From: Podarcis pityusensis
Lineage: Eukaryota
Reading direction: 5' to 3' (one strand)
Assembly: GCA_964106645.2 (NCBI GenBank)
Contig: OZ067052.1
DNA length: 64,000 nt
Position 1 is the first letter of the stretch. Each line of letters begins with the position of its first letter. The notes below the pieces were generated by a model. That model searched no databases and was not told where the DNA came from. It worked only from the letters and a program-made list of their open reading frames with translations. The translations under genes and the position numbers were made by a program. This document shows, piece by piece, positions 39,456-51,430 of the stretch.

Positions 39456-41155
39456 CCTTAAGGAGTGCTTGTGTGACAAGAGCCCAGAGCATGATTTTGC
39501 TGGCACTGCTGACAAGTGAGAGCTAAGGCTGGCTTATCAGGCACTTTGTCCTATGAACTGGCATGTTAACACAAAGCCTGCACACAAATTACTCCAGTTC
39601 TGGACAAGAAAGGTCACCACTGAAAGATAAACTCTCTTTGATAAAATGGGGAGGAATTTCCAGCCATGATTCATTATGACATCTGCCTTAGCATATGGCG
39701 CATTATACTGAGGTGGATTCACAAAGTGAGGAGGAAATGATGGCTTCCTATTTTCAAGGCAAAAGCACTTCAGCAATTTTACAAGACTGTCAAAAAATCA
39801 ACCCCATGTACAGGTATTTAGGCCAACTAGTTATGTAGGATTTTCCAAGGTGGGGAGGGGAGAGATGATGGCTGACTCATTCAAGTGGTGAACTCTACAT
39901 AAGTATATATTTAGAAGCCACCACATGCCTATGAGCAACAGCAAGATATTCCTCCTCTTATTTAAACCTTAAAACCAGTAAGAACTCTTTCAACACATAA
40001 TGTAAACCAAGGTTTCATTGCGAGAGTTCATTCTAGGTGGAATGCAGAATTTGCGAATCTGCATTTGGTGATGATTCAAAAACAGGTGTGAAGGGGCCCT
40101 GAGAAGACTGTCTGTTTCAAGAAAGAGTGTGCTAAAAATCTAAGTCATAGATACATTTGTGGAATCCTTGTAGAAAACAATGACCAGGTTTGGACATAAC
40201 ACTAAGTTGTAATTTAGTGACTTGGTCTGCTCTTCCCTCTCTTCCTGTTATAGCCACAAAGAACAAATCAAAAGCATTTTCAACTAACCACTGTTTATTG
40301 TTTCATCCAAACCAGGATTTTCATTTAATTTCAACAATGGTTTTATCCAAACAAGTCAGGATCAGAAAACACAATTTATCTTGGATTGTTTGGAGAAACC
40401 ATAGTTAAATCTAACAATAGTTCCCAGTTCAGTTGAAATGATAAACTACATGAAGCTTATGCAGCATAAGATAGGTGCACTGAAGAGGTATTTAGGATCA
40501 GATTGCTAATGAAAGAGCTCATCAAATGTCAGAAACAAATTTCTGGAAGAAGCAAAGTAAAAGATTCTCAGGAGGATGAAGTATCATTCATACACAAGCA
40601 CACACACCTTATTCTAAGCATCTCTTTCAGGTCAAATACCTAGCTAATAATGACTTTCAACAGAATATGCAGTTTGAAACCTTTTGCATCAAAATCTCTA
40701 GGGTTAAGAAGAATCTTGAAAAAATTAACACAAATTATTAGGGTCCTTTATTTAATCTTTAAAGAATACAGCTAAATTTTGATTCACACCCATCTTAAGA
40801 GGAGGGAATGCACTTTTTAGTAAGCTCAAGACTTACTTCCAAGTATACATGAATAAGATTGCCCTGCACATCTAATGAGCTACTTCACTCTCTGCTGTCA
40901 TGCCTCTACAAAAGGTTTTGATTGACATTTGATCAGATCTGGAACAGCCCCTAAAAGAAAACTGTGCCCTTCACAACTGAAGCAAAGTCGACAAAAACTC
41001 TAGAACTGAGTAAAAGGATGGAGTGAAGTTTGATTGCCAACCATTAAGTGGCATACATAGCATGCAGATCTCTTTCTGTGCATCGTTAAATATGTGATGC
41101 TATTGCCATTTTTCTTTCCTTTTGCTTCCCCAAATGAATGAAATTCTATACAAAC

Positions 41156-41332
41156 CTGGGCTTTTAAATTGATCCGGGCTGGGAAGGTGGTGAAGGGGGG
41201 AGTTACTCGCTGAAGCAGGGTGCTCGCTACGAAGCATCTGAGCCACCCGAGGCCCCATGGAACCATAGTCCGCGTACGATAATTGAGCCCGTTGGTCACC
41301 GGGCGGAGAATAGAAACCGTAATCGGGGATCC
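41156..41332 (-). CDS. MSI2: MSI2 cassette exon, 177 nt, phase 1-1: (G)IPDYGFYSPPGDQRAQLSYADYGSMGPRVAQMLRSEHPASASNSPLHHLPSPDQFKSP(G)
   Basis: Acceptor gtatctccag|GG ATC CCC and donor AGC CCA G|gtttgt. It is 59 codons with no stop in the MSI2 frame, CpG-rich within an AT-rich intron, and has a Musashi-like G/Y/S/P composition. Confidence 0.82.
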
Positions 41333-42269
41333 CTGGAGATACAGTGACTCTATCATTGTGGATACTGGATTGGTTCTTATTTTCAATATTAAATTGTACT
41401 TTATTATTATTTTTTTACAGTTACAAATCACGGAAACAAGAGCAAAAATATATGTATGTAGGATTTTGAGGAGCAAGTGGACCACAGCTTGATCATACAC
41501 GCTCCAGGTCCTTACTCAGACTCATAGGTTCAGAGGCATTGAGCCTGGATTTTGTAAAAAACCAAAAAAACATAAACTCACCATCTGATGTACTATATAT
41601 TCTTTTCCAAAACAGGCACAAGAACAGAAGTATGAAAACACAGAGCCCCAACTGATTAAAATGACAACCAATGCAATACATACTGAGAAGTGTAGAGAAA
41701 AGCCGAACCAAGCTGACTGGGCCTAACCTTGCAAAGCTACAGGGGTTCATCCACATGAAGTCCCTTTCCCCAAACTCATAAAAAGCAAAAAAATCCCCAA
41801 CCACCAGGTGCAATGTATACAAAGTGTGTGTGTGCGTGCGCGTGTGCATAACTATTTGTACCAAAGTATATCTATGTATTAATTGAGAAATGTTCCTTAA
41901 TTGATCTTACCTGGATTTCCTGTTGTACTGGATCCTACAAGATCACTCCCACCCCCACTTCCATTTTAGTACTGCATAGTGCAAGGTTTGGAGTTTGTGT
42001 TAATGTCCTGGCCATAAAAGTTGAACTCCACAGAGCCCCAGATGAGATGAGTGAGTCTCACACCATACAAAGCTATGGCTTTAATAAGGCAGTTTGTAGA
42101 TTTCAATTGGTTTGGGTCCCAGTAGGAAGTAAACAGAAGTTGATTTCTATTAAACCTCGTCACAACCTTCAGATTGAGAACTAGTATACGTAACAAAAAT
42201 TAATTAATGGGCAAGTATCACAAATAGTTGATCTACTCCACATTTAACCTAGCTAAGCAGGGGGAATCT

Positions 42270-42485
42270 CAAAAGAACTAAGAGCCATGCTCAATCAGGG
42301 CAATGGCCCATCTTGTTCAGCATCCTGTTCTCCCAGTGGCCACCAGATGCTTCAATGGGGAGCCTGAAAGCAGGAGCTGAGTGCTACAATGCTCTCCCTT
42401 CCTGTGGTTTCCGGCAACTGGTATTCCAAAGTATACTGTCTCCAAATAGTGGAGGCAGAGCATAGCCATCATGGCTAGTAGCCAA
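42270..42485 (-). mobile_element. CR1-type LINE 3' end (reverse); another fragment ~13720-13870 (+)
   Basis: Reverse complement of the 3371-3560 type sequence (cagcatcctgttctc...cagcaactggtattc-like...catagccatcatggctagtagcca). Confidence 0.6.
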
Positions 42486-44419
42486 GTTTGACTAAAGCAG
42501 TGAGTGAACTTCACAACTGGTTGGGATTTGGGATAGTAAACTTGTTCTTATTTCACATCATGGGCATCCTTTAAAGGACAGCAATTTTCAAATTTGTTGG
42601 TGCAAAAAAGTCTGCATGCATTTTAACAAACCAGTCTACACATTTATTCTCCCAAGCCAAGTGGACTAGAGGTACATTTTAATATCTGTGTTGTAAGCCA
42701 CTGCTAACAACAAAGAACGCCCCCCCCCCCCAGCATCAGGAAGACTTTTGCTCTTCCACATTCATAATTGCCTTCCAGCAAAAGGCAAAAGCAGGTCTGA
42801 ACTTGCAAGACAGAAAAGATGAACTTAAATAAAACAGAAAGGAAGATTTATTTATTTATTTATTTATTACTTTCAGCATCAACTGTATCACCAAAATAGA
42901 TCACTCCATTATGAAAACAGAGCCTCCAGATGGTGAATTCAGGAAAGAATTGAACAGGGAAAAATAAATAACTCTCAGGAAATTACTTTTCTGCTCCAAA
43001 CTTCCATGAATCTCTACAGAGTTTTGTGATAGTTTCTTTCTCATTAGATCGTAGCACAAAGCACCTGTATTACTGAGTTTATCTCTTTTTTGAGGTTTGA
43101 CCAGTACTCTTAAATATGTGCTGCAAAGCAGGCACTTGCCTTGTGCCTTTGTAACTTGTGAAGGGTCAGATAGCTACCTGTTTAGGTCCCAAAGACATGT
43201 ATGGCAGATCTCCCAGAAGCCAGACAGAATGATGCACGTTGACTCTCTTCTGTTTCTCAACACACATCTTAAGAATGCACACCGAGAAAAATGAGAGGGG
43301 AAGTGATTTCCCCCACAAGGACATTCAAAGCAGAACTCACTCATGCAGAATTAATTTCCATGCCAACTAATTCCCCTTGGTGTGGTGTTCCTTGCAGGAC
43401 TGACAAACCCTGGACTTCCAACTCTTTCTCTTTCCAAGTGCATCAGCCATTGGGAAGTGACCCCAAATCTGTTTGTAGGCCATTTTCTGCAGGATCGTGC
43501 AACATGGGGAATTTCTGCCCAAGTGGATGTAAATAATTGGTCTCTGTTGAGGGCCTTGGCCCTCCAGAGGACACTTAACAACTGTGTGTTCTGACTTTAG
43601 CGCAGAATGATGGCAGCGTGTGTAAACGCTCCTTTATTAAGGGTACTTTCCAGAAGAACAGCTGTACAAACACTGCCTGAGATTCTGCTTCATTTTGCTA
43701 TCCTTGCCTGGCTGTGGACCACAGTGCTGAGAAGTGAAGAGAACCCCAAAAGTCACTTCTGGAGGTCAAAGCAAAACTTCGGGAAGACTCAAAATGCTCT
43801 CAAGATTGAAAGGTCTCACTGACAGCAACCTGTCGATAGAGCTCCCTGTCTCTCTTTTTCTCTCCTCTCTTGCCATAAGCAGCCACACGCAATTTGGCAG
43901 CCGTTTGCACCATCAGTGTTTATGATAATAACCGTGCGTGCTTGAAAGCAGCAGGAAATTTTCAATATAACTATCATTAAGACAAAACACTTTAAATCAA
44001 AGCCATTACTGCTACTGAGAGTTAAAGCTCACAAGATTAGGCCGCTTTTTATCTTTATGAAAAATTCATAGAACAAGCTGCCAAACATCATTTTCCTGCT
44101 CGAGAGAGTAAATGATATAATAATATTTAATGCTGCCGATACAGATGAAAGTGGAGGCAGAAGCTGCGTGTAGTAATGTGTACATCAGGGAGACGCTGTC
44201 GAACAAGGAGCGCCGACACTCAGCACATGTAGCGCTGGGCATACAAGCCAACGGGAAACCTGCCGTTACCATCTCCAACTTTTATACTTCAAAAACCAGT
44301 GGCTGTTCTTTGGCGTTGCTTAATTTGGGTTGCTAGTAGAGGTCCAACGTACAACGTTGGAGCTAAACGGGTCCAAAGTGTGCTTCAGAACTGGAAGGCT
44401 GGAAGGACCCAACAATAGG

Positions 44420-44660
44420 ACATGCTCCCTGTGTGGGACTTCCCTCGAGATTGGCAGAGAAGCTGCAAGCAGTGCAGAATGCAGCTGCCAGGTTGTTGAC
44501 TGGAGCACCGGGACGCACACATGTTCCACCTGTGCTGAGGGACCTGGACTGGCTGCCAGCTAGAGTCTGTGTCATGTTCAAAGTCTTGTTATTAACATAT
44601 AAAGCCTTGGAGAACCCTAGGCCACGTTACCTGAAAGACTGCTGCTATGGAGACTTGTAA
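44420..44660 (+). mobile_element. Degenerate L2 ORF2 C-terminal fragment
   Basis: ORF 44433..44660 GLPSRLAEKLQAVQNAAARLLTG...PVLRDLDWLP..VMFKVLLLTYKAL is the canonical L2 ORF2 tail motif. Confidence 0.85.
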
Positions 44661-47600
44661 GGACACTTATAGACAATTTGGAGGGAAATGGCTTGTGGCA
44701 CCATACTGTACAGACTATCATAGTTCCCCACTGTTGCCTCTGCCTTATGGATTACCCTTTCCTCTGCCAGACGTTGCTTCAGCCACTTCCTCTTACCTAG
44801 AGTTTCCCTGCCCCTTAAGACTGGACCCTGTTTTGACTAGAATTGGTTTTATCTGTTTTTATTATACAGTTTCGCTGTTTTTATGTTTGCAATTTTCTAC
44901 ATGGTTCAGAGATTTTAAATATGAAGTGGTTTAGAAATGCTTGTAAACAAGTAGAAACAGACAAGTGTGAAACGCCAAAATACTTTGGCAAAAAATGTCC
45001 CATTGTGCCTTCTGTGATTGACAAGGGTCAGGTATTGCCATGAGCCCTGTGGCCAGGTACCTAGCCCCCTGACTGGCTGAAAGAGGGAAATGCAGGCAGT
45101 TTGAGCCAAGCTACAACTCTGCAAACTGGCATCTTCCTGGTCCTGGAAGCCAGGTGATACCAAAGATTCTGTGGCTCTCCAGATGTTGCTGGACTTCAAC
45201 TCCCATGAGCCCCAACCAGCCTGGATAATGTTCAGCGACTGATGGGAGTTGTAAGTCAGAGGTGGGAGCTGTTGTAGGTTTCCCATCCCTGGTGCCGGGT
45301 CAGTGCAGTACATGGCTGCTTAAATCTCTAGTTCCTCAGCAGTGGTCATGATTGACCAGTGCAACTGAGTTGCTTTGTCAAGCAAGCCCTCAATAACTTT
45401 ACCAACGGTTTCCTTGTTGCAGACTCAGGAAGAAAGTGTCATAATTTCCCCTAACACCTGCTGCAAACATTCAAGCTGCACACCCCCAGACGTTTCTACA
45501 CATTACTCAATGGAAAGCCTTATTCTAAGACATCATGCAGGCACCATTTTAAGGTGGGATACAAGACAGACGGACAAGACTCGCCTGCCCAGGGGAGATA
45601 ATACCACCCTGTCAGACTTTACCCAGAGATGATCTGACTGATTTTCTTTTTTATCTGAATCTGTCTTTCTTCAATAGAACTCAATGAGATTTATGTTGAG
45701 GTCCCAGTCAGTCTCCCATCCAGGCCCTAATGAGAGCCAGGCCTGCTTAGCTTCAGCAAGGCTGCTGCATCAGATGCCTTCAGATTTTAGGTCTAGTTGA
45801 AACTGGCATTTGGGATTGTGTTTGTGCAATCTGCCATGGGATTATAAACTGCCCAGTCATCATGCCAATTGTGCAGGTCACTCTCTAAAGCTTTAGCCAA
45901 GTGACCTGCAAAACTGGAATGATGATTGGATCACAGGGCAGAAAGGCCTTTCTTAAGCGGATGGGGCTCACTGTCTTTGAAAGCAAAGTATATAGGATGA
46001 TATGCCACTAAGAGCACATTTATGTAAATTTGGTGGTGCTTTCAAATCTTAGAAAGTTGAGAACTGCTGCTGACCCGCTGACCACAAGAATTCATCAACT
46101 TAAGAATGGATAAAAACATTGGCAGGATGCTTTGGAAACCCCTGCTACAATAAATCAAATTGGATAATTGCAGTGATTCTTTCTGACCACAAATACTGTG
46201 AATTAATTAACTGCAAGATGAAGAAAACCTAAACCAACAAACAATAAAAACCCCTAATACAATAAACAATAAATCCCACAAGAACACTTTCCTCCCTGAA
46301 ACATAATCAAGTTGAACCCTTACCTTGCTAAGCATCTATTGATGCCCATAGGCATTCGAAAAAATGGTAAAAGGGGCTCCCAGGTATCAGGAAAGTTCAA
46401 TATCATGGGGCACTTTGTGTACCACTTTGCCACCTGAACACACTCTTAAAAATCTGCTCATCTCTGGGTTGTCTCTTTTTATAAACGTATGAGCTAAGCA
46501 GCAGCAGAGCAGGGCATTGAAACAACTTGAAGAAAACAGGGAACATTCTTCACCTTCAACAAATGTGAGGAGCCCTTGTTCTATTGAGGGCTGCGTTCCT
46601 TTGGGGGTCAGCTGGGGGAGAGTGTTGAATGCTAGTGGTGGCAGAACCAAAGAGGGCAGTGGATGAAGCTAGATACAAAGTGTGTGCATAGGGACCACTC
46701 ATTTTCTCTATCACCCCTTCTCATCCCCTGCCTGATGGGCAACCAGGGAGAGGCAGATCACTCTTGCCCATGGTCTGCAGTGTCCCTTTCTTCTTCTCCT
46801 TTCATTTGTCTCCCTCTGTCTCTGCTTTCTCCCCTGGTTCTTCCTCCTCCAAACCTCCTCTTTCTTTCAACTTTCCCCACCAGCATGACATTAGACCAAG
46901 GGCTCCATGAGATGAGATGGAGGGCAACATGCGTCAGGCTGGTTTGGTTGCAGGCTGCCCACCCACTGCCTAAAAGCAAACATCCATCATGCTGGAAGGG
47001 CCTGTAAATATTCTAGTCTTAAATCTCTCATCTGCTACATGATGGTGGTCTCAGAATTGGACTTTGGGGCAGATGACCAGAGCCCCAATCAGCAAAACGA
47101 GCAAGAGGGCTACAAAATGCAACATGACTAAACCTAAGATCTAAGAGGTGTGTCCGTGTATAAGGTTAGTAAGCCTAAAATTATCTGACTATGCTACTGG
47201 TGTCACTTCCACGATGTTGCTCTAAATAGGAAATAGTCTTGGTGTCCCTGTACAAAATGAAGACCACCTGGATTTTAGAGTCTGTTCAAAAGGTTAGAAC
47301 ATTCCTCTCTGCAAGCTTTGGAACATATTGATTGCTTCATGTAACATAACTGGGTAACATAATCACAAGGGAGGTTAAATGCAGCTCAAAGAGCCATTGT
47401 GCAGCTGGGTTCATGATACAGCTCAAAAGATATTCGGATACATTTGTAGAAGCTAAATCCCCATGGCATGTATAAAAAGAGCTGCAATCTCCAGGCTTTA
47501 GCATCCTGCTTTGTGGAATATGGACACAAGCCAGCGACAGCTAAGCAAGATCAAATCCCACTGAAATCCATACAATTCAAAAGGGTCAGTGGAGAAATGC

Positions 47601-49839
47601 CATACATCTATTGCTGCATAATGTGGTCAGAAAGGGTGATGGTGTTACCAGTTGCATTTGTAGCTCAAGAGGAGCATCAACAAGAGGATACATGGGATGG
47701 AGGAATGGAGGAACATTGGCAAAGACTGAATCCAGAATACATACAGTGAAGCGCAGTTTGCAAATATTGCTGATAGGTTGATAATATGATTAAGAAAAGA
47801 GCTGTCTCTTGAGACTGGTTTCTATATGGAGATGGTGCATCAAAGAGTTTTGCACAGATCACATGGTGCTGAATTGTAGAAATGGCCCAAAATACTCCTG
47901 TTCCAGGTTGACAAGCCTTGTCTGTTGTGGCCTACGGAGAGGCCAGAATGAGAACTCAGGAGAGCAGGAAAGATGTGCACCTCTCAGCTTGCATCAGTAT
48001 TATCCTCAAGATGGTTTGTCATAAGATAGGAAGGATTTCCTCTTCCCCAAAGTTCTGCTAGGGACGTAGAAACTGTAATGTGGAGAGGGTGTGGGGGAAT
48101 TGCTCTTTTGCCGTGTCAGACAGATGAGGCACCGGGGCATTTAGACAACTTCTTTAAAGCCACTAAAATGGCAATAGGCTGGGGCACTTTGACGTCTAAG
48201 TTAGCCACCCGCCCAAAGCCATAAGTATATTAGAAACAACTGCATCCTTAATAGCTGTTTTAGCTGAGTTTAAACTTGCACACTGATAAAGGATTGTCGA
48301 CAAGTGATTGGGAACAGATTAACAAAATACTTGACATACAGCAAAGTATATAAAAAAAAACCCTCACAAAATAAAATCCTGCACTCGCTCATGGAGGCAA
48401 ATAAATACATTTCTCATCTTAGCTGTGATGTTTCATGAGCAATCAATATTTATAACCTAATCAAAATCTCCCATATTGTGAATTAAACACAGTGTCATTT
48501 TCAGATGGGGCCAGTGCCATCACACGCGAGGCCTTGCAAAGCTTCTCCAAGAGAAACGGCAATCAGGGCTCCAGTTCTTCTTGCAGCATTTGACAAAAGA
48601 GTTTCCACTTGAGGGGCTCATCTTTAATCATTACAAAAGCACAGAAGTTTAATCCATTTTTGATGTAAGTGCTAATAGCTCTGTGTCCTTGAAGTTCAAA
48701 GTGGTCTTCGTGCATGTCACTAATTAGCCAAGCAAGCAGCCAGTCTGCTCCCTCTCATGCTTCTAATTAGATCCTTAACAACAAACAAATGTCGACCTTT
48801 CAAATGCTGTGCTACATTTCTCTCTCTTTTTGTTACATAGTTTTGGAGGGCAGAAGATAACCATGCCTTGGAAAAGCCTGCACCATATTTTGACATCTCG
48901 TCCAGATATTATTATTATTGAGTGGGGGTGGGGGGTGGGGAGAGAGAAGACAACAATCATAGAGGCTCGGGATTCCAAGGCAACCTGTCAAAATAGTTGA
49001 CCATGCCAATCAACTGGTCAGCCATTTTGTTTCTTGGAACAGAAGGAAGAAGTCAATGTTTGACAGCAACTTCAACTACTGGTTACCTGTTCCCCTTTTG
49101 AGATATTCATTTTCACTTTTTTGTTTTTCACTTTTAGTTTTTTTGCCATTCGCCAGCATGACGATTGATGCCACTATATCATAAAGCATTTTGCTGTGTA
49201 CCTTCTTCACCTACAGCAATGGAAGCTGGTGATTTGCTGGTCATATTCTTATCACGGTGAACTTTTATTGCTAAAAATAGCTACTCACGAAGCCACAATA
49301 TATATAGCATGTGCTCCTTATCTCACACCTGCATTCGAGAGCAGTCTGGACTCCAAGGAGCTCGTCCAATGAATAAAGAGGAGAAAGGAATATTCAGAAT
49401 ATTTATCTTTTGAATGTCTTATCTGATCGTGAGTGAGTCACTGAAAACAGTGGGCAGAAAAAGAGGTTACATGATCTTTAACACAAGTTGATAAAGTCAG
49501 GAATGAGCTGGTGGTGGCATGCAGTGGAATACAGCATGGTAAAAAGTGTGAAGTGGATTTCTGGAAGAAGGTGCCAGGTGAGGCCCAAGGTGCTTCCAAT
49601 GAATATCTCCCCAATCAGTGCCTTCACTGGGTTAAAAGGCAGCAGAATAAAGCTAAGTTGATGTGCTCTAGACCTTCACATGGTTGATTACTGCTGCCAG
49701 GTATCTGTTTGCCATTACTCTCTATATAATCCCTCATCTGAAACCCAACTACCTCATCTTTCTTTGCCTGCTTTGCTTGCTGTGTTGAAGACAAATATCG
49801 GCCCTCCAAGGTAAGTGTCTATCTTGGTTTCACTAAGAG

Positions 49840-50061
49840 TAGGGCTGCCATATGTCCGGACGTAGCTAGAGTTTGGCCCTTGTAAACAGTGCCTGGGAGG
49901 AAATTGCTGTAATGTCCGGAAAAATCCAGACATTTGGCAACCCACACCCTAAGTGTAGATTTTGGCGAATTTCCTTAAAAATAGCTCAAGTTTTCTTTTT
50001 TGTGATTTTGCTCAACAATTTTTGTGTCTGGATTTGTACTTTTTGAAATACGGCAGCCCTA
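49840..50061. mobile_element. hAT-type MITE with perfect 8-bp target-site duplication
   Basis: actaagag|TAGGGCTGCCATAT...ATACGGCAGCCCTA|actaagag, with internal TGTCCGGA repeats. Confidence 0.85.
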
Positions 50062-51061
50062 ACTAAGAGATGCTCTGGACGTTCTGTTGTTGCTCATCAT
50101 GATGAAATTTTGGAACCTGAAACACAGAGGATGTTCTTTATGCTCCAGTGCGAAGTCACAGCCACAAGGATGGCAGAGAGAGAACATAAGAGCAGAGACT
50201 GAGGAAGCTGCTGAAAGGGTGGCTGAGGGCAGGTTGCTGCCTTTTTTTATATTGGTGTGTAAAAATGCCCTTCATGGCAACAGTGCTTTCTATATTCTAT
50301 ATTTCTCAGGACTGAAATACTTCAAGGGCCACCTGTCTCCATATGAACTAACTCTGAAAACTTCATATATCTGTTGTCCAGCTCTAGCCAGCGGCCATTC
50401 CATTATAAGCAATACAACAACTCATCCTGGGTCAATATAGAATCATTTCCAAATCATTTGCCTTTTTTATCCAAAGGAATGAAATAATCTCTCTTACTTT
50501 TTCACTCTCGTTTTAGCAATGAGTCTTTTACTGCTACCTTTTTACCACTGGTGGCCAGATTTGCATTAATTGTTTACCACAGCCTGGACAGGCCTTTTAT
50601 TAATATTAATGAGTGACTGGGAAGAAAGGGACCCTTTATTTTTAGCCTACTCTAATTGTGTAGTAATTATTCATCTACAAAACAAATGAGCCGAACTCCA
50701 TTGCTATGGCAACTGAAACTCTGGCCTCCCACTGTAACACATTAATAGGCTATTGTTCCTGTTAATTTTAAATTGAGGCCTTTTGTGCAGCTACAGATAT
50801 GAAAAAGAGGCAAATTACAATAAAACCGGGACTTAACCTCACATTTAAGTCAGAATGGTCATTGTCCAGGCATGGTTTTAAGAGAAAAGTCACTTGTTGA
50901 AATGCACTGTGGTCCACTAGGGATTATTTATTAGGGGTGTTTAGATATACTGCTTTTCAGCAAAAAGTTCTAAAAAGGGTTTACATAGTAAAACAGGGCA
51001 ACAACTTGAAAACAGTATTTTTTAAAAAAGATCCTGAAGTTTCCCCAATATTTTTATGGTT

Positions 51062-51430
51062 GGGAAGTGGGAGGCGCTGTGGTCTAAACCACAGAGCCTA
51101 GGGCTTGCCAATCAGAAGGGCGGCGGTTCAAATCCCCATGACGGGGTGAGCTCCCATTGTTTGGTCCCTGTTCCTGCCAACCTAGCAGTTCGAAAGCATG
51201 TCAAAGTGCAAGTAGATAAATAGATACCGCTCCAACAGGAAGGTAAACAGCGTTTCTGTGTGCTGCTCTGGTTTTGCCAGAAGCGGCTTAGTTATGCTGG
51301 CTGCATGACCCAGAAAAGCTGTCTGCGGACAAACGTCAGCTCCCTCGGCCAGTAAAGCAAGATGAGTGCTGAAACCCCAGAGTCGTTCGCAACTGGACTT
51401 AACTGTCAGGGGTCCTTTACCTTTACCTTT
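51062..51430 (+). mobile_element. Full-length Sauria SINE
   Basis: ggcgctgtggtctaaaccacagagcctagggcttgcc...ggttcaaatcccc...cctagcagttcgaaagca...agtagataaatag...ending in (ACCTTT)n, the characteristic Sauria SINE structure. Confidence 0.9.

Noticed and set aside
41000-41500. 166-aa minus-strand ORF
   Set aside because: It overlaps the real cassette exon in the wrong frame and its flanks translate AT-rich intron.
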